Shown: piece by piece, positions 27,050-36,237 of the stretch
How positions within the stretch are numbered: position 1 is the stretch's first letter
Layout: the number at the start of each line of letters is the position of its first letter
Virus record (IMG/VR): IMGVR_UViG_3300021962_000032
Source of the DNA: a virus
Strand: one strand, 5' to 3'
DNA: 64,000 bases
Program-made: the position numbers and the translations under genes
The notes under the pieces: generated by a model
Databases searched by the model: none
Told to the model about the DNA's origin: nothing
Seen by the model: the letters and a program-made list of their open reading frames with translations, nothing else

Positions 27050-27714
27050 ACTCTACCCCATCCCGCATTCGGACCATCACATAACCAACGATACTTCAAA
27101 TCATTGACTTTGTAAATAGCACCCCTACCATTTGTCACGGGACCAGTATATCTGTCATTCCAAGATCCATACGGATCATTCACAACATAATCACCCGTGG
27201 GGGTTTTTCCAATTACAACAACCATATGTCCACCAGTAGGATATGACAATGATCCTCTATGCTTAACTCCAATTACAACTGGTCTTTGTTCTTTCAATTC
27301 CCTATCAAGATCTGCAAATCCTAAGTTATTTCTAAATTCGGAATTAAGTCCAAATGATTGAAGTGCTCTTGTCTGTGCTCCATGATCTGTAGTATCGCCA
27401 AAAGAAAATAATTTTCTCAAATATTGATCATCTCCCTTTGGACCTTTAAGAGTTCCTGGTTTGAAATATTCTAAGAACATTGCAGAGCATGAAGAATTGC
27501 ATGTTCTATTTGGTTGAGTAAAGTTGTCGGTTTGGGGAAACCAAGGAACATCTAATATTGCTTTTGCTATCTTTGTTCTAAAAATTCTAACCCAATTTGC
27601 TTGATCATCTAAAAACTCAGGTGGCAATTTTGATTCCAATTCATCAATTGCTGCCTTATGTTTTGGATTCTCTTCATCGTAATGCACGAAAAAATCATGC
27701 AGATCTATTTTCAT
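27037..27714 (-). CDS. C39-like cysteine peptidase / cell-wall hydrolase
   Basis: VPWFPQTDN..RTCNSS..AM, GGHMVVVIG, VNDPYG. Confidence 0.85.
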   Translation of the reverse strand: MKIDLHDFFVHYDEENPKHKAAIDELESKLPPEFLDDQANWVRIFRTKIAKAILDVPWFPQTDNFTQPNRTCNSSCSAMFLEYFKPGTLKGPKGDDQYLRKLFSFGDTTDHGAQTRALQSFGLNSEFRNNLGFADLDRELKEQRPVVIGVKHRGSLSYPTGGHMVVVIGKTPTGDYVVNDPYGSWNDRYTGPVTNGRGAIYKVNDLKYRWLCDGPNAGWGRVWKP

Positions 27715-27739
27715 TTTTTATATCTCAACAACCTACCCG

Positions 27740-27775
27740 TATTTATAAAAAAAGGAGGGAATAAACCCTCCTTTG
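27740..27775 (-). terminator. Terminator after peroxiredoxin, followed by late promoter TATAAATA (27740-27747)
   Basis: AAAGGAGGG-TTTATT-CCCTCCTTTTTT then ATAAATA. Confidence 0.65.
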
Positions 27776-27784
27776 TTTCATATT

Positions 27785-28303
27785 TCAAACAGAAACTGTT
27801 TGCCTTGATTTTACATATTCAAGGAGTTTGACTGGGGTTGTTTCTTCGTAAGGATCTTCAGTTGCGTCATCGCACTTACCCTTTTCAATAAACATTTTCT
27901 CGACAACCATATCATCAACTACCATTGCATAACGCCAAGACCTTTCACCAAATCCACAGTTATACTTACCAACAAGCATATCCATGTAATCGGTAAAATC
28001 TGCATTACCATCTGGAATCATTTTTACATTTTCAATACCGAGTTCTTTTGCCCAGGCATTCATGACAAATCCATCATTTACAGAAATGCAGTAGATGTCA
28101 TCGATACCTTGCTTCTTGAACTCATCATAAAGATCATCAAATCCAGGAAGTTGATAGTTAGTGCAAGTTGGAGTAAAAGCACCAGGAAGGCTAAAGATAA
28201 TTACTCTTTTGCCACCAATAACTTCTGATGTTTTTTTAGTTATGAATTCTCCGTTTTCACGGAAGACAAATTCATATTCAGCAAGACGCTTATTAGGTTC
28301 CAT
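27785..28303 (-). CDS. Peroxiredoxin (PRX5-like)
   Basis: FSLPGAFTPTC, CISVND.FVMNAW, PDGNADFT, RSWRYAM. Confidence 0.95.
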   Translation of the reverse strand: MEPNKRLAEYEFVFRENGEFITKKTSEVIGGKRVIIFSLPGAFTPTCTNYQLPGFDDLYDEFKKQGIDDIYCISVNDGFVMNAWAKELGIENVKMIPDGNADFTDYMDMLVGKYNCGFGERSWRYAMVVDDMVVEKMFIEKGKCDDATEDPYEETTPVKLLEYVKSRQTVSV

Positions 28304-28320
28304 AAATTACTCTCCTAATT

Positions 28321-28440
28321 TCAGAAAACACCTGGAATAATTTGTCCAGTGGTGAGATATGTGCCTACAGCAACGACGAAACCGAGCATTGCCAGGCGAG
28401 CATTGAGGATCTCTGCCTCAGGGGTGAATCCGAATTTCAT
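28321..28440 (-). CDS. hli: High-light inducible protein (39 aa)
   Basis: MKFGFTPEAEILNARLAMLGF...TGQIIPGVF; below the ORF-track cutoff. Confidence 0.93.
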   Translation of the reverse strand: MKFGFTPEAEILNARLAMLGFVVAVGTYLTTGQIIPGVF

Positions 28441-28637
28441 TTTGTTTCTCCTCTTTTAGTAGTGTTTTGAATAACAATAAATTTGTCTTTTTTTAAGGTG
28501 CCTGCGATGCAAACTTTAAGTTCATCATCGCTAGACCAATCGCATTCGTCTTGAAGTTGTTGAAGAGCAATTGTCAGATCTACTAACCAATTACTTTTAG
28601 ACATTACATTTTCTTCTGGTTCAAGATTTCCAATCAT
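28437..28637 (-). CDS. Hypothetical protein
   Basis: Packed between the two hli genes. Confidence 0.6.
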   Translation of the reverse strand: MIGNLEPEENVMSKSNWLVDLTIALQQLQDECDWSSDDELKVCIAGTLKKDKFIVIQNTTKRGETK

Positions 28638-28723
28638 CAGTAAGTTTCAGCAAGGTTCTCCACAGCATAGCATAGAGTCACTAAAAAAGCAACCGAAGTC
28701 ACTGTCCAAATAAGTTCAGTCAT
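28637..28723 (-). CDS. Hydrophobic micro-protein (28 aa)
   Basis: MTELIWTVTSVAFLVTLCYAVENLAETY; TGATG coupling at both ends. Confidence 0.55.
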   Translation of the reverse strand: MTELIWTVTSVAFLVTLCYAVENLAETY

Positions 28724-28926
28724 CAGAAGATTCCGAAGAAGAGCTTACCAGTGATAGCATAAGAAATAGCACCAGCAATAATGCCGACCATTGCCCAACG
28801 TCCATTATACATCTCGGTAGTTTGCATAGGGGTCATAAGACCCTTGCGGTGATATTCCTGATAAACCATTTCAGGTTCCTTGGCCCACATATTTTGCTGA
28901 CCAAATTCATTCGTTGTTACTGTCAT
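28723..28926 (-). CDS. hli: High-light inducible protein (67 aa; start revised)
   Basis: MTVTTNEFGQQNMWAKEP...EMYNGRWAMVG. Confidence 0.92.
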   Translation of the reverse strand: MTVTTNEFGQQNMWAKEPEMVYQEYHRKGLMTPMQTTEMYNGRWAMVGIIAGAISYAITGKLFFGIF

Positions 28927-28932
28927 TGTAGT

Positions 28933-28983
28933 TTTGTAACGATTTACAACAATAGTATATAGGGTTTGTAAAGTTTTGTCAAG
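28933..28983 (-). promoter_or_regulatory. hli promoter with HLR1-like repeats
   Basis: TTGACA-N17-TATACT; TTGACAAA-AC-TTTACAAA and GTTGTAAA-TC-GTTACAAA. Confidence 0.65.
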
Positions 28984-29917
28984 AACCAATCTGTACGGGT
29001 TTCCTAACCTGCGTCTCAATCCAAGTATCAATTGATACTTTTGGAGACCATCCAAACGTATGGAGCATCTTTTTATTATCGGCAAGAGTTTCTCTGGATT
29101 CTCCAGGTCTTGCAGATATATTTACTTGATTATCCGAAATCATATTGGCAATTTCATTTACTGAATGATTTTTTCCAGTTCCAACATTATAAACCTGACC
29201 AAAAGTTCTTGGATCTGCAGTTGTTCCTTTAGAATATTTTGAACAAGACGCCATGATGTTTGCATTTACAACATCAGATACATGAGTGAAATCTCTACGT
29301 TGTTCACCATCTCCCACAATCGTCAGTGGTTCTCCATCTTCTGCTTGCCTCAGGAACAATCCAATTACAGGAGCATAGTGTCCCTTGAGTGGTTGACGTT
29401 CACCATAAACATTAAAGTATCTGAATATAATCGTTTCTAATCCATACAATTCATAATACATCTTACAGAGTTTTTCTCCCGCAACCTTTGATACTGAATA
29501 TGGATTTAAACAATCCTCAGTCATTGTTTCTATGCATGGAGGTTCATTTCTACCATACGCAGAAGATGTGGAGGAGTATATAACTCTCTTAACTCCTGCC
29601 TCTCTTGAACATTGAAGAACTGTGCAAGTACCGACACAATTAGTAGTTACTGCACGAATGGGATTTTCAATTGCAGGTTGAATTCTTGCCTCTGCGGCAA
29701 GATGAAATACTACATCAACATCATTGTAAAGAGGCCGAGTATTAATATAATCGGCAATATCAAATTTAGCATTAATCGCGCTTTCATTCCAGTAAAACTC
29801 CCCATTACATTCAGAACTCTCGTTGTCAATTACAACAACCTCATGACCCATTTCTAAAAGTTTATCTACAAGATTGGAACCAATAAAACCTGCTCCACCA
29901 GTTACTAATGCCTTCAT
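28979..29917 (-). CDS. NAD-dependent nucleotide-sugar epimerase/dehydratase
   Basis: VTGGAGFIG, YSVSK, RYFNVYG, RDFTHV. Confidence 0.93.
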   Translation of the reverse strand: MKALVTGGAGFIGSNLVDKLLEMGHEVVVIDNESSECNGEFYWNESAINAKFDIADYINTRPLYNDVDVVFHLAAEARIQPAIENPIRAVTTNCVGTCTVLQCSREAGVKRVIYSSTSSAYGRNEPPCIETMTEDCLNPYSVSKVAGEKLCKMYYELYGLETIIFRYFNVYGERQPLKGHYAPVIGLFLRQAEDGEPLTIVGDGEQRRDFTHVSDVVNANIMASCSKYSKGTTADPRTFGQVYNVGTGKNHSVNEIANMISDNQVNISARPGESRETLADNKKMLHTFGWSPKVSIDTWIETQVRKPVQIGS

Positions 29918-30000
29918 ATATTAAAAAGTAATCTGTTTTATGTAGTCAATAAAAAACCACCCCAAGAAGAGGTGGTTCCACTCAGATTATGAGTGATTTA

Positions 30001-31482
30001 TCAGAACGTGAACTTGGTCTGGATTACACCACCCCACTTGCTGCTGTCCTGATAACGCTGATTGTTTTCAACGTAGAACAGAGCAGGAGTGATGCTGATG
30101 TTGTCAGTAACTTGGAACTTGTAGAAGAACTCAAGCATCGTAGCATCAGATACACCAGCGGTTTCAGCAGAAGGTGCCTGTCCAACAGCAACACCAGCAG
30201 TGTTACCAGCAACAAACGCATCTGCCCACTGAAGACCAACGAACCAGGAATCCGAATCAGTTGCATCGGTAGCACCAGTAGTACCATTTACGAAGTTATA
30301 TCCGTAACCAGCACTGATGGAGGGAACCCAACCAGATTCAGAAGGTTGCCAATATGCGTTAAGAGCAATGGCATTGGATTCTTGACCATCTACAAGAGCA
30401 CCAGAGGCACCAAGGAGACCATTGTAGGTGCGAGGACGGGTGCCCTCAGAACCATAACGATAACCAGCACCAACACCCCAGTTAGATCCTTTGTAACCTA
30501 CCTGAGCAATGAAGTTCAGAGCACCTTCGGAATCAAAGACACCAGTGGAACTATCTTCACCATTCTCGGCAACATAGTTCAGACCAGCAACGAATCCACC
30601 TTTGCCAACATACTGAGCACCAACACCAGCACCAGTTGCCTTGTTATAGACACCAGGAGCACCAGCAACTTGGAAGAAGTCAAGGATTTCCGACTTATAA
30701 GCAGAAGGAACCCATGCCATCTCAGTGTTACGAACCTTAGGACCAGCAGTAATAGTCACACTATCACCCACAGGGAACTGATAGTAGAGACGATCAAGAA
30801 CAACATTGTCTCCAGTCAGAGCAGTAGTGTTGTCTGCCTTGTCCAGTTTGAACAGGGAAGACGAAGAACCGAAAGGATCACTGCTGAAGTTAGCAGAACG
30901 CAGACGAGTGCGAAGGAGATCACGACCAGTGAACGAAGTGTCAAAGTTCAGACGGACATCATAATTAAATGCGGTGTTGCCAACGTTTCCACCAGCATTA
31001 GTTTCAAGTCCAGGAACTCCACCCAGAACAAAGGTAGCCTCACCCTTCAGTTTGGTAGTGGTAGAGAACTGAGTTGCCTCAAGAACACCAACCTTTGCTT
31101 CCAAACCATCTACACGACCACGGAGAACAATCAGTTCTTCTTTGAATTCTGCCTGAAGTTTACGAAGCTCATCGGTGACTTCAGTTACACGATCGAGGCA
31201 AGCATTCAGCAGTGCTGCTGCTTCGTAACGAGTCATTGCCTTACCACCACCATAGGTGCCGTTAGGATAACCTGCTACGCAACCATAACGCTCAATAAGA
31301 TTAGTGAGTGCTTGATATGCCCAGTCGGTAGGTTGAACATCAGAGAATTGAGTAACGCTTGTTACCTGTTCAACAGAAGAGTACTTGCTGACATCCTCAA
31401 TATTGAGTTCTGCGGCAGTAGCAGCAGGAGCAACAAGACCCAAAGCAACAGGGACAAGCATCAGTTGTTTGAGAAAATTCAT
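30001..31482 (-). CDS. Som-type cyanobacterial porin (SLH domain plus OprB-like beta-barrel)
   Basis: Signal peptide; QFSDVQPTDWAYQAL..L.ERYGC.AGYPNG; QFSTTTKL.GE; C-terminal TKFTF. Confidence 0.93.
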   Translation of the reverse strand: MNFLKQLMLVPVALGLVAPAATAAELNIEDVSKYSSVEQVTSVTQFSDVQPTDWAYQALTNLIERYGCVAGYPNGTYGGGKAMTRYEAAALLNACLDRVTEVTDELRKLQAEFKEELIVLRGRVDGLEAKVGVLEATQFSTTTKLKGEATFVLGGVPGLETNAGGNVGNTAFNYDVRLNFDTSFTGRDLLRTRLRSANFSSDPFGSSSSLFKLDKADNTTALTGDNVVLDRLYYQFPVGDSVTITAGPKVRNTEMAWVPSAYKSEILDFFQVAGAPGVYNKATGAGVGAQYVGKGGFVAGLNYVAENGEDSSTGVFDSEGALNFIAQVGYKGSNWGVGAGYRYGSEGTRPRTYNGLLGASGALVDGQESNAIALNAYWQPSESGWVPSISAGYGYNFVNGTTGATDATDSDSWFVGLQWADAFVAGNTAGVAVGQAPSAETAGVSDATMLEFFYKFQVTDNISITPALFYVENNQRYQDSSKWGGVIQTKFTF

Positions 31483-31552
31483 AATCGATTAGAAAATAAT
31501 TTACTAAAGAAAAACGAGTTAAGTTTTGTTACGACTCAACTCGATGTATTTA

Positions 31553-31580
31553 TCATACAGGGTGCTTTTGAAATTGTCAA
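31553..31580 (-). promoter_or_regulatory. Sigma70 promoter of the porin gene
   Basis: TTGACA-N17-TATGAT with an overlapping GATAAATA. Confidence 0.6.
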
Positions 31581-32392
31581 GGGGTTGCCCGTTTTGCTCC
31601 AGATGGTTCGGTTATCCGACCCAAAAACGGATCATAATTAGTGATCGATTCAAGAGTCATTTCTGATCCTTTCTGAGACCAAAAATTTAAAAGTCCATCA
31701 TGAGAATTTTTATGGAAGATATCAATATGCTCTGGATGAATTGATGATCCCAATTTAAGATTATATAACAACAATGGACAAGCATAAGTGCATCCAGAGT
31801 TATAAATTAAATCATCTGCAACTGGACGAGGTTTAACTCCATTATCAAGTTTATATTTTTCCCCTCTTACATGATATTTCAATAACTTTTGAGCATGGTG
31901 CCTTGTAATTACATAACAAGCGGTAGAAAAATCATTAACAAATCTCGTATGAATTGGAACATATATATCCCCAGTGCAAATAATTGCGAGTTGAATTATG
32001 TCCCAAGCATAAGGTGCCCTTGAAATAAAATCTTTCCAAGAAAAATTCCAAAATTTTGCAATATCAATGTTGCAATCATCTTCCATAATGACTGCGTAAG
32101 GACTATCGGAAGTTTCATACCAATGTTTTATAGCTTTAAGATGAGAAGTAACACATCCAACTTCACCAGAAGTCATCAGTTCTGGGTAAGTTCCTTTAAT
32201 AATATCACTTAAATCATCTTCTCTACCGTCATAAGCGGAGATACGAGTATAATCTACAATATTCCAATAATCAAATTGAGTTTTCATATAATCCCATCTC
32301 TCTGGTTGCCCATCAAGATTAATGCAGTAAATGGGACCAAACCCATTGAGCTTATATGCAGATTTATTTTTTTCAGTTCTGTCTATATTCAT
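31577..32392 (-). CDS. Glycosyltransferase family 25
   Basis: YCINL....ER, RISAYDG, GEVGCVTSH, IMEDD. Confidence 0.85.
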   Translation of the reverse strand: MNIDRTEKNKSAYKLNGFGPIYCINLDGQPERWDYMKTQFDYWNIVDYTRISAYDGREDDLSDIIKGTYPELMTSGEVGCVTSHLKAIKHWYETSDSPYAVIMEDDCNIDIAKFWNFSWKDFISRAPYAWDIIQLAIICTGDIYVPIHTRFVNDFSTACYVITRHHAQKLLKYHVRGEKYKLDNGVKPRPVADDLIYNSGCTYACPLLLYNLKLGSSIHPEHIDIFHKNSHDGLLNFWSQKGSEMTLESITNYDPFLGRITEPSGAKRATP

Positions 32393-33516
32393 GATACGTT
32401 AATAGTACTTTTCATTTTTTTAAAGTTTTCTCTTAAAACAATATCCTCCTTATTTCCAGATTCTCTAATAATAAATCTTTGCTTTGCAACTTCTGTACTG
32501 TTTTTAATATGATGTTCTCCAGTAAGAATTGCTAGATGTGCATAATAAAAATCTTGCGTTTCATCTCGATTTGGACTAAAAATATAATGAGTAGACCAAG
32601 GATATTGTCTTGAATATTTTGGAAGCGTGACCCACTTAATCATTTTGTTTATATCAATATCATCATCATGATACCAATAATAATCACTCAATTTGAGAGA
32701 TTTTTCAACAGTGTATCTGGAAATATTTTTAGATTCCATATTAATAGAATCTTTTTGTTGATTGATCATTCCTTCAATAATTTCATCAATAGAATACTTA
32801 GAAACAAAATATTCATCAATATCTAAATTTAACACAAATTCAGAATTATATACAAATTTATATTTCAAATATTGAAGTCCAACTATTTTACAAAAATCAG
32901 AATCCCATGGTGGACCATGTACTCCCCATCTCATTGGCCAATCAACTATCACCAATTCATAATTATTAGATTGCAAATAATTTTCTATATCTTCACAAGT
33001 ATATTTGTCTGTATTATTGGAGAACAAAACAAATCCATCAATACCATAAACTTCATTGTGATATTGAACCCAGTTTAACATCCATTCTTTTGGATCATTT
33101 TTAAACATTGTGAACAATACTTTTTTATTTGAAAACTTATGTATGAATGATTCTTCAATTTCAATTTTCAATGGATCTTCATTTTTATATTTCAAATAGA
33201 TATGAGTTGCATCTTTAGATATTTTTCCAATGGCAAGACCAGACCTATCAAGATCATAAAAAGTCAAACTTATATCATTTTGACCATCCGTGATTATTAC
33301 GTTATCTTTTATAAAGTCAGAAAGATTTAAAAAAGGAGGAGCTGTAATAACAAGAGTATCCTCTATTTTCAAAACACCAGAAAATAAAGTATCATAATCA
33401 TATGTTTCATCAAATGTCTTACCAAAAGACATACCATAATTTTCTTTTGGTTGCATTGTTTTTCTCAATACACCCCAAGAACTTGGAATAGTAACAAATT
33501 TTGGACAAACAACCAT
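32389..33516 (-). CDS. GT-A glycosyltransferase-like (GT92/GT2-like)
   Basis: TMFKND...WVQYH...GIDGF, LNLDIDEY. Confidence 0.6.
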   Translation of the reverse strand: MVVCPKFVTIPSSWGVLRKTMQPKENYGMSFGKTFDETYDYDTLFSGVLKIEDTLVITAPPFLNLSDFIKDNVIITDGQNDISLTFYDLDRSGLAIGKISKDATHIYLKYKNEDPLKIEIEESFIHKFSNKKVLFTMFKNDPKEWMLNWVQYHNEVYGIDGFVLFSNNTDKYTCEDIENYLQSNNYELVIVDWPMRWGVHGPPWDSDFCKIVGLQYLKYKFVYNSEFVLNLDIDEYFVSKYSIDEIIEGMINQQKDSINMESKNISRYTVEKSLKLSDYYWYHDDDIDINKMIKWVTLPKYSRQYPWSTHYIFSPNRDETQDFYYAHLAILTGEHHIKNSTEVAKQRFIIRESGNKEDIVLRENFKKMKSTINVS

Positions 33517-33517
33517 A

Positions 33518-34150
33518 TCAATCTCCTGCGGGTCTTACATCATACACCAAATGCTCTGACATGTAAATCTCACCATTTGCATTATGTATAGATTCTAACA
33601 TTGTATAATCCTCAAAAGAAGAACTAGTGAATTTAACTCCGGTCCTATTCAAAAAAGATCTACTTACACAAAACGATATTCCAACAAAATTTTGCGCCAC
33701 TTGATTCATTCCATAAGGAGGAATAATCACTGTCCTATTATTCTTTCTATCATCATGAATCATTCTAAAAATACAGCAATCAAAAGAAGTATATTGAATT
33801 TCTTCTATCAATTTATCAATGTAAGTTTCTCTTAAAGTATCGTCGTCATCGACAAATCCAATCCAATCATATTCATTATCAATTAAAGAAATCAAATAAT
33901 TTCTAACTCTACCAGCATTTCCAGTTGGTCTTTCAACTGCAGGATTATGATCAAAATCACCTAACCTATCTTTAATAAAAACATAATGTATTCTGCTGTC
34001 ATTCAATAAAATACCTTTATCAAATTCACTTTCACAAATGCCATCCAATCCAACCCAAGCTTCCCATTCATTATTAATTTGATTTACTAAAGAATTCAAA
34101 GTATCTGTTAATGTTTTTCTGCCTACACTAGGAACAATAAAATTAATCAT
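33518..34150 (-). CDS. GT2-like glycosyltransferase
   Basis: FIVPSVGR, AG.VRN, WIGFVDDDD. Confidence 0.75.
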   Translation of the reverse strand: MINFIVPSVGRKTLTDTLNSLVNQINNEWEAWVGLDGICESEFDKGILLNDSRIHYVFIKDRLGDFDHNPAVERPTGNAGRVRNYLISLIDNEYDWIGFVDDDDTLRETYIDKLIEEIQYTSFDCCIFRMIHDDRKNNRTVIIPPYGMNQVAQNFVGISFCVSRSFLNRTGVKFTSSSFEDYTMLESIHNANGEIYMSEHLVYDVRPAGD

Positions 34151-34158
34151 AATAGTTT

Positions 34159-34821
34159 CTACAAAATATAATCATAAGTAATGCTATTTACATGATAAGT
34201 AACGTAATTTGATATATGAATTTTAGCTCCAGCATTTTGCAAATCCTTCAAGAATTTATAATCTTCTCTAATGTCATTCACAAATTTCACTCCACTATTC
34301 TTCAAAAATTGTTTGTTAACACAAAAAGAAATTCCAACTTGATTTTCAATAATTTCATTAACTCCGAGAGGAGGTATAAGTTTTTCCCCACCAGCATCAT
34401 ATCTCATTCTAAAAACACAACAATCAAATTGTTTAGTTTGAGTTTCTAGGTAAAAAGTATCAACATAATAATTACTTACAGTGTCATCGTCATCTAAAAA
34501 TGCAATCCATTCGTTTGATGAATTGATCTTGGAAATTATCCAATTTCTAACAAGACCTGCATTAGATTTAGAATATCCTTCCCCCCAATCTCCTACAACT
34601 CCCAATTTATTTTCAGAAAATAAATAAGTAACTCGTTTATCATCAAACAAAAAATTTTGATCAACTTGCTTTTTAGAAAGTCCATCAAATCCGACAAAAG
34701 CTTTCCAATCTGGAATCTTTGGTCTAAACATAGCACCTTGATTAATCAAAGATTTAACAGACCTCATTATAGTTGGTCTTCCTATCGAAGGAATTACAAA
34801 ATCAATCATTTTACTCTCCAA
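34159..34821 (-). CDS. GT2-like glycosyltransferase (paralog of 33518..34150)
   Basis: FVIPSIGR, AGLVRN, WIAFLDDDD. Confidence 0.75.
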   Translation of the reverse strand: MESKMIDFVIPSIGRPTIMRSVKSLINQGAMFRPKIPDWKAFVGFDGLSKKQVDQNFLFDDKRVTYLFSENKLGVVGDWGEGYSKSNAGLVRNWIISKINSSNEWIAFLDDDDTVSNYYVDTFYLETQTKQFDCCVFRMRYDAGGEKLIPPLGVNEIIENQVGISFCVNKQFLKNSGVKFVNDIREDYKFLKDLQNAGAKIHISNYVTYHVNSITYDYIL

Positions 34822-34823
34822 AT

Positions 34824-35570
34824 TTACATAGATCTTTTTTGAATTAAATTTAAAATATCACTGTCTTCTTCTTGTTCTTCTCTTGGAGCATATAATGCTC
34901 TTGTTCTTTCTTCTACCTTGCCGACAGGATCTGTCAAATAGTATATAGCTAAACTTTTTCTATACTCATTTTCTGGACATGTCAAATGATTAGGAAGTCC
35001 GTGCCAAGAATTTTGTGTGGTATCAAATAAAATAGCTCTATTGTAAATACATTCTACCACCCTTTCCTTTTTTAATGGTCTATTTGTATCTTGATTATGA
35101 GACCATAATTCCAATCCACCACCCCAAGATATATTCCAATCCTTAGACAAATAAATTATAAGATTTAGTTTTCTTTGTAAGTTTAACTTTGGGTGAATAG
35201 AATAATCTTTATGCACATTTAAATTTCCACCCCTCCCATGCATATGCCATCCACCACCATGAAGTCCATAATCTGGATAAAGATTCTGTATTCCTGTTAT
35301 TTCTTTAACAAACTCTACAAATTGCTGAGAGCAAAAATACTGAAATAGTGAATATGTATTTTTAGGAAATTTACTCCAATCCTGTATTGTTCTTTTATTT
35401 TCTAGTGGATTATCATAGCAATACCAACGATCATCATTAAACTCAAAAAATTCACCAGATACTTTTTCAGCAATATCTTCTGGAAGAAAATTTTCAATTA
35501 CATGGTGATCGTATGGTGCATTAAATGAGGTTATATTTTTTCTTACAGTATTCAGATTCAGTCCTTTCAT
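34824..35570 (-). CDS. 2OG-Fe(II) oxygenase
   Basis: LHGGG.H, H.D, LNLIIYL..DW...WGG.LELW, NRA.LF, SWHG, RKS. Confidence 0.88.
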   Translation of the reverse strand: MKGLNLNTVRKNITSFNAPYDHHVIENFLPEDIAEKVSGEFFEFNDDRWYCYDNPLENKRTIQDWSKFPKNTYSLFQYFCSQQFVEFVKEITGIQNLYPDYGLHGGGWHMHGRGGNLNVHKDYSIHPKLNLQRKLNLIIYLSKDWNISWGGGLELWSHNQDTNRPLKKERVVECIYNRAILFDTTQNSWHGLPNHLTCPENEYRKSLAIYYLTDPVGKVEERTRALYAPREEQEEDSDILNLIQKRSM

Positions 35571-36237
35571 AATACTCTTTATTTTTATTTGATACGTTTG
35601 TTGTTACGGAATAATCACTTGGAAATCTATTTGAAATCAATATATCATTATACAGTATTGGCATTCCATAATCAAGTTTCATTCCATAATAAAAATCAAC
35701 GTCCATATAAAAAGTCAAAGATGGATCGAATCTTCTTGTAACTTCCTTCTTAAAGGCAACCACAGAAGGAGAACTAATCGTATTAACTCCATCTAAAAGT
35801 TTATCATTAAACTCTGGGTAAAAATCCCAATAAAAAGAATTCCCATGATCAGCAGTATGGTTACATCCATTAAGTAACCACATTTTATCACTTTCACTTA
35901 GAGCATCATAAATCTTTTGAAGTGCCTCATCATCATAAAAAAAATCATCTTGAAACATTATTTTTATAATGTCTCCAGAACACATATCAATGGCCCTATT
36001 GGTATTTGCAGGACCATTTCCTTTGTCATTTTTATTTTTAGAATAACAAAAATTAATTCGATCTTCAAATTCACCTACCTTATCAAAAATTTCATTGTCT
36101 TCACTATGGTCAGATATTACAACTTCAAAATCTTTGAAGGTCTGTATCTCTATAGTTCTAAGGAGATCATCAAGAAATTCAGAACCTTTTCCGTAAGATT
36201 CAAATGTGGGAATTGCAATAGAAACTTTTGGAGTCAT
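35521..36237 (-). CDS. GT2 glycosyltransferase
   Basis: VSIAIPT, EVVISDHS, FQDDF. Confidence 0.85.
   Translation of the reverse strand: MTPKVSIAIPTFESYGKGSEFLDDLLRTIEIQTFKDFEVVISDHSEDNEIFDKVGEFEDRINFCYSKNKNDKGNGPANTNRAIDMCSGDIIKIMFQDDFFYDDEALQKIYDALSESDKMWLLNGCNHTADHGNSFYWDFYPEFNDKLLDGVNTISSPSVVAFKKEVTRRFDPSLTFYMDVDFYYGMKLDYGMPILYNDILISNRFPSDYSVTTNVSNKNKEYYERTESEYCKKKYNLI

Noticed and set aside
28927-29085. N-terminal extension of hli (track 28723..29085)
   Set aside because: Overlaps the epimerase and the hli promoter; the Hli-like sequence starts at MTVTT
29989-31641. 550-aa plus-strand ORF
   Set aside because: Antisense shadow of the porin gene caused by codon bias; no recognisable motifs
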